Shown: positions 1-9,948 of the stretch, one piece after another
Numbering within the stretch: position 1 is the stretch's first letter
Layout: each line of letters begins with the position of its first letter
Assembly: GCA_018303845.1 (NCBI GenBank)
Contig: JAGVXH010000005.1
Span: 6,665-70,664, forward strand
Length of the DNA: 64,000 nt
Origin: Candidatus Pacearchaeota archaeon
GTDB lineage: Archaea; Nanobdellota; Nanobdellia; Pacearchaeales; GW2011-AR1
Direction of reading: 5' to 3'
Program-made: the position numbers and the translations under genes
The notes under the pieces: model-generated
Told to the model about the DNA's origin: nothing
The model's database searches: none
The model's input: the letters and a program-made list of their open reading frames with translations, nothing else

Positions 1-3000
1 CCAAAATTCCTTCTTTTATCGCAGCCTGAACAACCTCAGTTAACTTACTATCAGAAATGGCCTCAGTCTTTATCTCCGCACTCCTAGAATCAGAGAAACC
101 CTTAAGCAAACTTTCTTCCGAAAGACCATATTCCTTAAAAATTTCATCTGCATCACTAGATTTATCCTTAAGGAAAGAATCAGAATAACTCAAATCTATC
201 TTCCCCAAAGAAACATCCTTACTGGGCCAAAAACTAAAAAAACGCGAAAACCCAGTTTTTTCCTTCTCCCTACTCATAATATCATAAGTCCCGTCCCCCA
301 AAGGACTAACATAAATCTCATAGAGAGGACAGCTTTCACCTCCGGCGATAACAGCAGCCGTCCCAACAACATCTAAGTCACAACCTTCCAAGCTCAAATA
401 AATTTTACCAGCATCGTCACCCACAAAATCAAATTCAGCAAAATACTCTTCTTCTTCAGCAGAATCATCCACAGAAGAAACACCGCTTTCCAATTCAACA
501 GCATATCTCAAAAACAAATCCCTATTCTCATTCATCCTATCAACAATTCCACCAATCCCCTTCGCCTCAGCCTCTCTGTAATCAACTCTATTAATATATT
601 CAACAGCCGCCTTTCTCCACTCCCCAGAATTAATCAAATCAACAGTCTTCTGCCCGACCTCCATTTCTCCTCGATAAACAGCATTAACAAGTGCCTTCTT
701 TACATAGACAGGATAAGAATTATACTCTGGGAACAAAACTATTGTCCTCTTAATGTGAACATCAAGTTCATAAGCAAACAAAGCCCTCCCTTCTTCTTCA
801 GTTAACTTTCTATTTCCCGCAATTATATCATCAAAACACTGGGTATTACAATCAAATGCCCTAGAGAAAAGATCCCTTGACTCACTGGAAAGCTGATGCC
901 CAACCCCAATATGCTTCTTCCCATCAATAACATAGACACTTCCGCTAAACCCTTCCCATTTAGCAACATAATCTTTTATTTCCTGCAAACCACTATCAGC
1001 AATCTCTCCAGAATCAACAGGAATTTCTCCCTCATTCAAACAACAACATCCTCCCTCAACATCACTATATCCGCCACCCCTATTAACACAACTCTCTCCC
1101 TCGTCGCCGACAACTTCCCCAAAATCAAAACCTTGCTCATCCTTGCAATATGAATCACAAACCTTCAAAACCTCTCCTTCGCTTCCAGTCACATTAACAC
1201 CAACAAAATCATCCTCACTAACTTCCTCTCTCGCCTCAACAACTTTATCTACAGCATCCTTAATCTTAAATCCAACAAGCAACCGATAAACACTAGCCTT
1301 CAAACTCAATGCCTCAGCCCGATCCCCATTCGTCCCAGCTCCACTCATACTATCATTTCCAATAACCCTATCCAACTCACCAACAATCTTTAATCCATCC
1401 CCAACGGATTTAGAAACAGCCAACTTGTTAATATCCTGCCGAGCCTTAGAAAGCAAAGCCGCAACCCCTTCCAAATCAAGCCTCGCATTATCAATCAAAC
1501 CTCGTCGCTCATCGAGCATTTTAATCGACGCCCCACTAAAAATCTCAATCTTTTCCAAGTCACTCTTAACCGAATCAACATCCAACCAACATCTCAAATT
1601 AACTTCTCCGCAATATCCAACGTCCTTCCACCTAGAACCATGTCGCTGCATAATACCAACATCACTCTTCGACTCACAATAGCCACTAGCTCCACAATAA
1701 AATCCGACACCACATCCCGAACTACCAGACCCCCCAACCTCCGAACCACCGCTACATAAGACGTAGTCTTCTGTAGTAACTCCAGCATCAGGATTAGTCG
1801 AAGCACAAACCCGAACAATTCCTCTCATTGCAATCTCAGGGCTAATAATCTCGTCGGCTCCACTCTGCAAATTCAGCGTAGCCATGGAAAGGGCAGAAGG
1901 ATTCCCGCTAATACATTGCTTCTCCGTAGTAATATCTGTATCAGTCGCCTGCTCCTCAACATACTTCGAACTCAAATAATCCAAACCAAAGTCCGTAGTC
2001 ACCTGTTTAAAACCACATTCTTCCTGAGCATTAATCACAACACAAAGTTCCTTGTAACCACTAGGCGCCGTAAAATCAAGTGACTCATCAGCACTCGAAC
2101 CCGCAGCAATATAACCAGACTTAACAGAAACCTCAGGAGTCGAAGAATAATAACTCGTCGCAGGCGGGTCCCTCAAATAAACCTTATACTGAACACCAGC
2201 ATCCTTCCCAGCATAAATGTGATAATAAACTTTATACTGACTAGTCGACGGAACAGTTGCTCCACTAAAAAGCTTCTCACTAAACTGCGCATAAAACTGA
2301 CTCGGAGATTCCGGAGCCAACAAGTCCTCAATAAAACTTGCACTACCAGGAACACTAGTCCCCACAAATGCCTTACAAACCGAACTTCCAACTTCTTGCG
2401 TACTCCTAATATTAAACGCCTTGAAAGCATTCTGCGCATAAACATCCTTAAAATAAGAAACACTCTGCTTCATCGTATTCCAAGACTGTTCAACCAAAGC
2501 ATACTCCCCACCACCTCGAACCCGTCCTCCGCTAATCGCATATTCAATAACACCGGGAATCATCTGGTCCATCAAAGGCGACAACTGCCTCCAAAAAAAC
2601 TCACACTTGTAAATCGAAGTAATCTGGTCACAAATCCCAATCATCTCTCCTGTCTCAATACTATGGGTCAAACATTCCCTTTCGCTTTTCAAAATAGAAA
2701 GATAAGCATCAAGTCCAGCATGCACACCACTAAGACAAACCGGAATAAAAACTCCCTCCTTCGCATTCGGCAAACACAAAACCAAACTTCCAACAATCCC
2801 AGTCTGAATCACATCACTAACTGGAAACTTCCCGCCAAAATCACATCGGCTAGGAGGACAAATCACCGGGTCACAAACATTAAACATTAACTTACAGTCC
2901 GACGGACTCATAAAATCCTGACACTCAAATCCACCAATCTCACTCATCGGCGCCCCAACTTCAATCATCTCATCAAAAATACCTATCCCTCTTTTCCCAT

Positions 3001-6000
3001 ATTGTTGTGAAGCCTGCTTAATCGCCTCTCTAGCCTTTCCATAAAGTCTACTGACCTCACCAGAACTTATTCTAGGACACGGAATAAAATTCTTAACTTC
3101 CCCAACAGTATTCACATCAAAACTCTGACACAAATCGTCCCCAGTTCCAGATTGCATCAAACCATTCGTCCCAATATTACAAATTTTAAAATACCTAACA
3201 TCAGCCGAAGCAGTATACCCCTGAGGAGAATCATCAATAAAAGTCCCACCACTATTTGCAACCATCGCATACCAGCCACTATTCAAATCAAACGGCACAA
3301 CTGCGGGTAGTCCCTTGTTGTCCCCAGATTCATAATAACTAACCCTAGCCGTCCCTTTTGGCCAAACATTAGAACAATCCTTAGAATCGCTAGCCCCAGA
3401 AAAAACAACCTTATTAAAAAAATCAGGTTTCGCCACCTTTCCCCACTTACTATTATTATACTGATAAACCTCCGCAACCCCACTAACCCCATTCTTATCA
3501 TTTTCTCCCAAAATCAAAACATATTCTTCTCCGCCATAAGTAGCAACTTGAACTTTCTGAGAATCCTTCAACCCAAGCCCACTTAAATAAGAATAATCCC
3601 TAACAGTCTTACCACTTCCCTGAAAAACTTTCGTATCCTTATCAACAATTGTAACAACATCCATAGAAGTCACTCCAGTCCCAAGCTTACCAACCAAATT
3701 ACTAACGGCCTTATTCTTATCCGCCGACGCCCTCTCTGCCAATGCCACATTCCTCAAAGCATCATCCATCTCACTCTTCGCAACACTCTCAACACTCCCC
3801 TTCCCCCTAGCCGCCTCCCATGTCAAAACCGCACGAATCTGCGAAGTCGTATAAAGCGAAGAAGTAGGAACCTTAATCTCCTCATTCCCAACATTCACGA
3901 TAACAGGATTACCCACAATCTGCTTCCTCAAATCTTCCTTATACTTAGTATCATTAGAAATCCCTTCGCCCCCAAACAATCCTCCGCTATCTCCAATATT
4001 CCCCTTCTGTGCAGCTTCCATCTTTGCATTAACTCCACTCAAAACCCCAGTCATCGCCACAACATCCGCATCAATTTCCTTACTCAAAAGATTATAACAC
4101 TGAGTCCGCGTCATATCCGGATGCTCCAATGCACACTTCTTCTTGTACTCTATCATCACCTTGCTACGAGCAGCAGCTTCACCAGAAACTCCCGTAGCCA
4201 TATTCTTAATCATCAGAACCGCACTCGTCGCAAAACACGCCCCCTTAAGACCAGTCACAACATTCCCAAGCCTCTCAACAATTCCCTCCCACTTCGCAAT
4301 CGACACATTCAAATTCTTAATCATTTCAGTCGCCCTCTCCGGACTAAGCTCAATCGCTCTCTTCTCAACTCCAATCCTAAAAGTAAAATCAGCCTCACTC
4401 TTATCATGCTTAACATCCGGAATAAGCGTCACATGCGCAACCTCATTAACACGAATCTCTTCAACATAAAAATCAACACCAGCAAAATTCTCATGCGACC
4501 CTTCATTAATCCAAACAGTCCTAGACCTATCAACTCCTGTAGCCTTCGAAATCTTACTATAAAATCTAACATTAACCCTTCCAGGAGCAATCTTCAAAAT
4601 ATTAACAGTCCCAACATCCCCCCCTAAACTAACATTATCACTCTCATTTAGCCCAGAATAAAAATTAGGCCCAACCTTCAAATCAACAGTCTTCTCTCCC
4701 GAGCTGGCCGCCTTAAAATCCACAACACTAATAGACTTAAATTCATCCCCAACATAAACATTAACAAAACTCTTAGAATAATCCGTCCCATCCATCCTCG
4801 CCCTCATATCAGAAACATAACTAGCACTAGCAGCCAAAGGATACCTCTTCAAAAATAAATCCATCAATTTCTTCTGTGTCATATAATTGCCAATCTTCCC
4901 AGCCAAAACAATCTCCTCATACAAAGCCTCCTCTCCCCAAGTCCCACCAATCTCTTTCTCCTCGCTCCCATAATCTTCAACCAGCTCATCTCTAACAATC
5001 AAAACCGACTTCTCAAAATAAACATCAGAACTCTCATCTTCCAAAACATTACTAACCCCAAAAAAAGTCACACCATTTTCATACTGACCTTTTTCCAAAA
5101 TAAAACCCTCAACTCCTTGAGCCTTCATCCAATCTTCCAATACACCAGTAAAATCCGCCTCACTCCCTTTCTTGTCAGCTAGCTTATTGACCTCAGCATA
5201 AATATTCGTCATCTTCTTAACGCTGCTAATCCCCTTAGTCAAAATAACGATATCTCTTTCCTTCTCGTCAAATCCCTTGGGATACTTCCCAACATAAGAC
5301 AAATAATAATCCTGAGTAACCTTCCCTCCAACCTTCACCTCAACTTCCTCCTCAGCCTCTCCCTTAACAATCTTAAACATAACTCCTTCTCCGCTTAAAA
5401 CTAGGGGCGCAATCTTTCCAGCACCAGAACAAGAAATCGTAATCTCACCATCATTATTCCCACGAACAACCAATTTACTAACAGAACACTTCCCATCCAA
5501 AAATTTACTACCCTTCCTAACCCAAATATTACTCCCATCAACATTTAGCAAAGCCATATCTTCCTGCGTAGTGATATCCGTCAATTTCACCTTTAATCCA
5601 GCCTTACAATAAAACCCAGGCAAATAACTCGAACTACTAGTCTCCCCCTCTTTCAAAGTCAGTGTCCTCAAAACATTATCCTTACTACCCATAACCTGAA
5701 TCCTCGCAACACCATTTTCAACATCCAAAACTCTCAAATATCCTCGACCATTCCAAAAAGAACTAGCCATATAATTCTGTTGCCATTCATTCTCCCCCAT
5801 CGGTTCCAAATAATAATCTCCAGATCCAGTCCCATAAGCTTCCTCCGCATCATAAGTCATCGTGGCAGTCAAATTCCCAAAAATCCATTCCGTCATATTC
5901 GCCTCAACCTTATCCTGCTTCAAAATAATTACAACATAACCAATGTTCTCCAAAGTTGGACTCCCAAGCAAAGTAGAATAAGATTTAACAGCAGCACGAG

Positions 6001-6382
6001 CCGGATGAAAAACAACAGACCGAACACCCTCAGGATAATCTCCCTTAAACGAAATAGACTTAATCGCAGAAACCTTAATCAAAGGATTAACCTTAATCGC
6101 ATACAATTGACAAAAAACCGGAACATTTTGCTCGGCAAGTAAATCACTCGTAACAACCGACGGGCTACATCCTCCAGGCGGAATTCCAATCACAAAATCA
6201 GTCGTAGCATTACACTGTCCATCCTTCATCCCAGAAAGAATAGGCCAATAATTCTCAAAATCCCCAGCATACAAATCATCAAACGTCGGCTGATTCGCCT
6301 GCCAATTACTAGAAGGATTACTATAAGCAAAAACCCCACTCATCACAAAAATCATTCCTAACAAAAACAAAAACTTTTTCAT
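1..6382 (-). CDS. Giant secreted Cys-rich protein (>2127 aa, 3' end outside window) with a GH24/T4-like lysozyme domain at ~490-985
   Basis: Not in the ORF track because there is no in-window stop. Manual translation from ATG at 6382 gives signal peptide MKKFLFLLGMIFVMSGVFA-YSNPS; the same frame was checked at ~4270 (IAKWEGIVERLGN), ~2840 (CPPSRCDFGGKFP) and ~950 (VAKWEGFSGSVYVIDGKKHIGVGHQL). No terminated ORF is reported in this frame. Confidence 0.9.
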   Translation of the reverse strand, partial: MKKFLFLLGMIFVMSGVFAYSNPSSNWQANQPTFDDLYAGDFENYWPILSGMKDGQCNATTDFVIGIPPGGCSPSVVTSDLLAEQNVPVFCQLYAIKVNPLIKVSAIKSISFKGDYPEGVRSVVFHPARAAVKSYSTLLGSPTLENIGYVVIILKQDKVEANMTEWIFGNLTATMTYDAEEAYGTGSGDYYLEPMGENEWQQNYMASSFWNGRGYLRVLDVENGVARIQVMGSKDNVLRTLTLKEGETSSSSYLPGFYCKAGLKVKLTDITTQEDMALLNVDGSNIWVRKGSKFLDGKCSVSKLVVRGNNDGEITISCSGAGKIAPLVLSGEGVMFKIVKGEAEEEVEVKVGGKVTQDYYLSYVGKYPKGFDEKERDIVILTKGISSVKKMTNIYAEVNKLADKKGSEADFTGVLEDWMKAQGVEGFILEKGQYENGVTFFGVSNVLEDESSDVYFEKSVLIVRDELVEDYGSEEKEIGGTWGEEALYEEIVLAGKIGNYMTQKKLMDLFLKRYPLAASASYVSDMRARMDGTDYSKSFVNVYVGDEFKSISVVDFKAASSGEKTVDLKVGPNFYSGLNESDNVSLGGDVGTVNILKIAPGRVNVRFYSKISKATGVDRSRTVWINEGSHENFAGVDFYVEEIRVNEVAHVTLIPDVKHDKSEADFTFRIGVEKRAIELSPERATEMIKNLNVSIAKWEGIVERLGNVVTGLKGACFATSAVLMIKNMATGVSGEAAARSKVMIEYKKKCALEHPDMTRTQCYNLLSKEIDADVVAMTGVLSGVNAKMEAAQKGNIGDSGGLFGGEGISNDTKYKEDLRKQIVGNPVIVNVGNEEIKVPTSSLYTTSQIRAVLTWEAARGKGSVESVAKSEMDDALRNVALAERASADKNKAVSNLVGKLGTGVTSMDVVTIVDKDTKVFQGSGKTVRDYSYLSGLGLKDSQKVQVATYGGEEYVLILGENDKNGVSGVAEVYQYNNSKWGKVAKPDFFNKVVFSGASDSKDCSNVWPKGTARVSYYESGDNKGLPAVVPFDLNSGWYAMVANSGGTFIDDSPQGYTASADVRYFKICNIGTNGLMQSGTGDDLCQSFDVNTVGEVKNFIPCPRISSGEVSRLYGKAREAIKQASQQYGKRGIGIFDEMIEVGAPMSEIGGFECQDFMSPSDCKLMFNVCDPVICPPSRCDFGGKFPVSDVIQTGIVGSLVLCLPNAKEGVFIPVCLSGVHAGLDAYLSILKSERECLTHSIETGEMIGICDQITSIYKCEFFWRQLSPLMDQMIPGVIEYAISGGRVRGGGEYALVEQSWNTMKQSVSYFKDVYAQNAFKAFNIRSTQEVGSSVCKAFVGTSVPGSASFIEDLLAPESPSQFYAQFSEKLFSGATVPSTSQYKVYYHIYAGKDAGVQYKVYLRDPPATSYYSSTPEVSVKSGYIAAGSSADESLDFTAPSGYKELCVVINAQEECGFKQVTTDFGLDYLSSKYVEEQATDTDITTEKQCISGNPSALSMATLNLQSGADEIISPEIAMRGIVRVCASTNPDAGVTTEDYVLCSGGSEVGGSGSSGCGVGFYCGASGYCESKSDVGIMQRHGSRWKDVGYCGEVNLRCWLDVDSVKSDLEKIEIFSGASIKMLDERRGLIDNARLDLEGVAALLSKARQDINKLAVSKSVGDGLKIVGELDRVIGNDSMSGAGTNGDRAEALSLKASVYRLLVGFKIKDAVDKVVEAREEVSEDDFVGVNVTGSEGEVLKVCDSYCKDEQGFDFGEVVGDEGESCVNRGGGYSDVEGGCCCLNEGEIPVDSGEIADSGLQEIKDYVAKWEGFSGSVYVIDGKKHIGVGHQLSSESRDLFSRAFDCNTQCFDDIIAGNRKLTEEEGRALFAYELDVHIKRTIVLFPEYNSYPVYVKKALVNAVYRGEMEVGQKTVDLINSGEWRKAAVEYINRVDYREAEAKGIGGIVDRMNENRDLFLRYAVELESGVSSVDDSAEEEEYFAEFDFVGDDAGKIYLSLEGCDLDVVGTAAVIAGGESCPLYEIYVSPLGDGTYDIMSREKEKTGFSRFFSFWPSKDVSLGKIDLSYSDSFLKDKSSDADEIFKEYGLSEESLLKGFSDSRSAEIKTEAISDSKLTEVVQAAIKEGIL

Positions 6383-6389
6383 GGAACAA

Positions 6390-6421
6390 CCCAAACCCCC
6401 AAACCCCCAAACCCCCAAACC
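6390..6421. repeat. Short tandem repeat (AAACCCCC)x3 plus partial, just upstream of the giant gene start
   Basis: Read directly from the sequence. Confidence 0.85.
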
Positions 6422-6446
6422 ACCACCATGAATAAAATTTTCAATT

Positions 6447-8297
6447 TTATTCATAGTACACCTCGACAATCTCGTCATCAACCCTCTCCGCATTCGCAGC
6501 CAATCCCTCAATACTCGTCGGCAAACCAAACAAAGGCACATTCAAATTCAACTCTTTAGAATTAGCCAAATCTTCCGAAGTAATATATTCCTGCACCTTA
6601 CCGCCACCAACAACCGCAAAATCAATATCCATCTCTGGCATATTAATATCATAACATTTCTCACTCATCCCTCCAAACATTCCAGAAAGACCAGACTCTG
6701 GAACATCCACACATTCCTTTCTACTCGTCGCCGGAAACTTCAAACTCGAACCATCATAAACATGAACACTCACATTATAATAACCCTCAATCAATTCGAT
6801 AGAATCCATTTCAGGATAAAGAACCGTAACAGAATAATCACTCGAAACAAAAGTCACAACGCCACGATCAACTTCACCCAAATCCAAACTCAAATTATAC
6901 TTCTTCTTCAAAACCACATTCGCAAGCATCTCCTCATTAGTAGAAATCTGATATTTAGCCTGAGCATATCCGGGAGCATCAACAATAATAAATCCATTAA
7001 CGCACTGCGGAAATTCTCCCCTCAAAACAGCCTCGCCAGAATAAAGCTTCGTCTCTCCAATCTGACAAACAGCGTCTAAACACTTAAAACTAATCCGCGC
7101 CTCGACTGATTCCAAATCAGTATCATAAGTATAAACATCAACTTTCTGATTCTTAAATTCACAAACCTTAGACTCAATATTTCTGCCATTAGTCGTTGGC
7201 ATCGCCTCTCGTGCCTGATTCTTAGAAATCACAACACCAACAGGAAACTGAAACAATTCTTCATCATCATAAAACTGCACCATCACAGGAAAATTAACAT
7301 CATAAACAAAGTGGTAAGGAACATAACAAAAACCTAAAATCCCCATCCCTTCTTGCAACCCAACAGGTCGCGCAACCTTGTCCCCATACATTTCAATCCT
7401 AGTAGTCCAATCTCTCATATACAAAAAACTCAATTGCTCATCAACATCCAAACCACTATCTTCGACAAAATATTCACGCCCCTTAGACGACAAATCATAA
7501 TAATCCCCATCAAGTCGAATCGAACCAATATTAGCAACCAAGGCATCTTTCAATTCACTGGCGACATTCTCCTCAACAAAAACCCGCGGAACACAACCAA
7601 TCTCAATTCCATCCATCGGGGCATAAAGCCTCAAAACATCCAATGCATAATTCTCCAAAAACATATTAGCCTTTTCGTAATTATAAACTTCTAATGCCAA
7701 ACCAAAAAATTTACCAAGTTTACTCTTGATTCCAAAACTATGAGAACCAACAACAACAGAACTATTTCCCTTAAAAATATTAATCTTATTCAAAACCTCA
7801 ACTTCAATATCTAAATCATTTATACGAACAGCCGTTTGAACATTTTTATCGTCAACAAAAACATCAAAACCTTGCATCTCAAAATCAGAAAAATCACAAA
7901 GTCCAACACGAGCCGAAACATATTCACCAAGTTCATTTTCCATAGAAGTCTTCGTAGGAATATTTTCCCGAAGCATATTATTTCCAGAAACATACATCCA
8001 ATAAGGAACACCCTGTCCCATAAAATCCAAATGACTACTAAAAGGCATATAAGCACTTCCAGGAAAAAATTCTCCGACATCAATTCGCCCTCCCTGTTCA
8101 CCCAAAAGTCTTACCCCATCCTCAGCCTGATCCTGCAAACAAGAAACATAATAATCATAAACAGGCAAAAGCTCTTCAGGAACACTTTCCCCGAAACTTC
8201 CACGCAAAGTAAAATATGCAACTAAAGCCCCAACTATCAACACCGCCAAAATAATAAAAATCGTCACTTGCCCCTTTTTCCTTCTAATTTCTACCAT
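6447..8297 (-). CDS. Class III signal peptide (pilin-like) surface protein, 616 aa
   Basis: N-terminus MVEIRRKKG|QVTIFIILAVLIVG (basic leader, G|Q, hydrophobic helix), then a large Cys-containing extracellular region. Confidence 0.8.
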   Translation of the reverse strand: MVEIRRKKGQVTIFIILAVLIVGALVAYFTLRGSFGESVPEELLPVYDYYVSCLQDQAEDGVRLLGEQGGRIDVGEFFPGSAYMPFSSHLDFMGQGVPYWMYVSGNNMLRENIPTKTSMENELGEYVSARVGLCDFSDFEMQGFDVFVDDKNVQTAVRINDLDIEVEVLNKINIFKGNSSVVVGSHSFGIKSKLGKFFGLALEVYNYEKANMFLENYALDVLRLYAPMDGIEIGCVPRVFVEENVASELKDALVANIGSIRLDGDYYDLSSKGREYFVEDSGLDVDEQLSFLYMRDWTTRIEMYGDKVARPVGLQEGMGILGFCYVPYHFVYDVNFPVMVQFYDDEELFQFPVGVVISKNQAREAMPTTNGRNIESKVCEFKNQKVDVYTYDTDLESVEARISFKCLDAVCQIGETKLYSGEAVLRGEFPQCVNGFIIVDAPGYAQAKYQISTNEEMLANVVLKKKYNLSLDLGEVDRGVVTFVSSDYSVTVLYPEMDSIELIEGYYNVSVHVYDGSSLKFPATSRKECVDVPESGLSGMFGGMSEKCYDINMPEMDIDFAVVGGGKVQEYITSEDLANSKELNLNVPLFGLPTSIEGLAANAERVDDEIVEVYYE

Positions 8298-8312
8298 CTA
8301 ATTTCTAATACC

Positions 8313-8438
8313 TCAAGACTGCGTCTTGACTTTCTCCTTAATCAACTTCATAATCTCGCTATTAATATCCTTTTGTATACTATCCTTAAACTTCGCCCAC
8401 AATTCTTCATCCTCGATAAGCAACAAATATTTTTTCAT
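8313..8438 (-). CDS. 41-aa ribbon-helix-helix-like DNA-binding protein
   Basis: Manual translation MKKYLLLIEDEELWAKFKDSIQKDINSEIMKLIKEKVKTQS; strand-helix-helix pattern; TATA-like box ~27 nt upstream; below the ORF-track cutoff. Confidence 0.6.
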   Translation of the reverse strand: MKKYLLLIEDEELWAKFKDSIQKDINSEIMKLIKEKVKTQS

Positions 8439-8463
8439 CCTCAAAAAACAAAACAAATCCAAA

Positions 8464-8508
8464 CTTATAAAACTTCCTAACTTACTAAGTAGCTTACTAA
8501 CTTACTAA
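8464..8508 (-). promoter_or_regulatory. TATA-like box with four adjacent CTT(A/C)CTAA direct repeats (putative operator)
   Basis: TTATAA at 8465-8470; CTTCCTAA 8473-8480; CTTACTAA at 8481-8488, 8493-8500 and 8501-8508. Confidence 0.5.
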
Positions 8509-8546
8509 CAAAAACACTAAAAAAGAAAATCCTCAAATAAATTCAA

Positions 8547-8617
8547 GATCCCGTAGTCTAATGGCAGAACGCATCGTTGACTTCGATGAGGCCCAAGTCC
8601 GATTCTTGGCGGGATCA
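8547..8617 (+). tRNA. tRNA-Val(GAC)
   Basis: Acceptor stem GATCCCG/CGGGATC, anticodon stem CATCG/CGATG with loop TT-GAC-TT, T stem CCAAG/CTTGG, discriminator A; some non-canonical positions. Confidence 0.85.
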
Positions 8618-8741
8618 TTTATCCTCATGCTTATTTTCAAAAAAAACAAATGAAATTACTGCCTTAGTCCATGTCATATAAAATAAATTTTAGTACGTGA
8701 AAAGACAAAATTTTAATAAGTCCATTCTGTCCATAAATAAT

Positions 8742-9491
8742 ATGGCTATTAAAAATCTTACAAATCAATTTTTTGATATCAATAAACTTCCACAGGAGGA
8801 AGGCATTTTGGTATTCCCGATTTCCATGAGTAGAATCTCAAACTCTCAAAATGCAAAGAATTGTTGGGAATATATGAAAATCTTCAGTCCTGATAAAATA
8901 ATAAAGCCCCTAGTTGGCTTAAATTTTATTTATGGCGACTATCTTTACTTCAATTCTGATGAAAAGGCATCAGATTTAAAAAATAAATTCATGCCTTTAA
9001 TTCTCTCACACAAAAATGAATTTCTAAAACTAATATCAAAAAATCCATTTTACATTGAACAAGCATTTTCTTTTATCACATGGAATCAAGCTTTATTAGA
9101 ATGTAAAAATTATACGAACCTTCTTGGTCAATTAAAAAAATTCTATAAGAAAGATAAAAGTTTTCAAAAATACATGAAAGAAGATTTGAAAAGCACAGGA
9201 AAGGAAAAACTTGATAAGAATCAATTAAATTTCTTTTTAGAAGAAACATTATTATTTTATTTAATCGCTAAGGGAAAAATGTTTTTAAAAAATAATTATG
9301 TTCATGGACATGAAAAATGGATCTTGTGGTGTTATCCAGGCAAACCACTGAAGTCACAAATTTATCTAATTAAAACCAATTTATTCAAATTTCACAATAA
9401 AAAGAACAAGTTCGAAAACTGTTTTTATGATTTAAAAGAGAAAAAACTTTATGATTTTTCTAGAATAGATCTAGATACATTGCAATTGTAA
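8742..9491 (+). CDS. Hypothetical protein with tRNA-dependent cyclodipeptide synthase (CDPS)-like motif order
   Basis: Motifs in order LVFPISMS, IYGDYLY, FITWNQ, FYKKDKSFQKY, FFLEETLLF, LWCYPG; AT-rich gene without the host strand skew. Confidence 0.45.
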   Translation: MAIKNLTNQFFDINKLPQEEGILVFPISMSRISNSQNAKNCWEYMKIFSPDKIIKPLVGLNFIYGDYLYFNSDEKASDLKNKFMPLILSHKNEFLKLISKNPFYIEQAFSFITWNQALLECKNYTNLLGQLKKFYKKDKSFQKYMKEDLKSTGKEKLDKNQLNFFLEETLLFYLIAKGKMFLKNNYVHGHEKWILWCYPGKPLKSQIYLIKTNLFKFHNKKNKFENCFYDLKEKKLYDFSRIDLDTLQL

Positions 9492-9623
9492 CAAGCGCCA
9501 AAATTTACTCTGAAGCTTACCTCGCGAATTATCAAAATGTTATACTGGCTTTCCCTAATTTTTACTGCACAAAAGCTTCCCTTAAAACTAATGCTCTATC
9601 CTCACAACCCATTCCCAAAAATT

Positions 9624-9902
9624 TTATTTCCTCTTCCCAACCTTCCCACCTAAAACCCGACCCCAATTCTCTTCAAGCTCCTCAAATTTCAAAGAACCAA
9701 AATCAACACCACTCACCTCACAAAAATCAACCACCAAACTCTTCGGCATCAACCTCACCTCGCTATAATAATTCTTCAAAGTAGAATATGGAACAACAAA
9801 CCCAAACTGCAACAATCCTCGAAGACTAGGGCTCTTCAACTTCAAGATAACATCATCCAAAAACGCCCTCTGCCCACCTTCTTTCAAAAACCGAATTTTC
9901 AT
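9624..9902 (-). CDS. Small HTH-like hypothetical protein
   Basis: SLRGLLQFGFVVPYSTLKNYYSEVRLMP helix-turn-helix-like segment and C-terminal NWGxxxGG; host codon bias. Confidence 0.55.
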   Translation of the reverse strand: MKIRFLKEGGQRAFLDDVILKLKSPSLRGLLQFGFVVPYSTLKNYYSEVRLMPKSLVVDFCEVSGVDFGSLKFEELEENWGRVLGGKVGKRK

Positions 9903-9948
9903 ACAAAACTAAACCTTCTAATATTAATAAAACATTCCAAAAACAAAT

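Noticed and set aside
896-6142. ORF-track entries within 1-6382 (e.g. 2219-2890, 4121-4627, 5780-6142)
   Set aside because: Shadows of the giant minus-strand gene, produced by strand compositional bias; no recognisable motifs.
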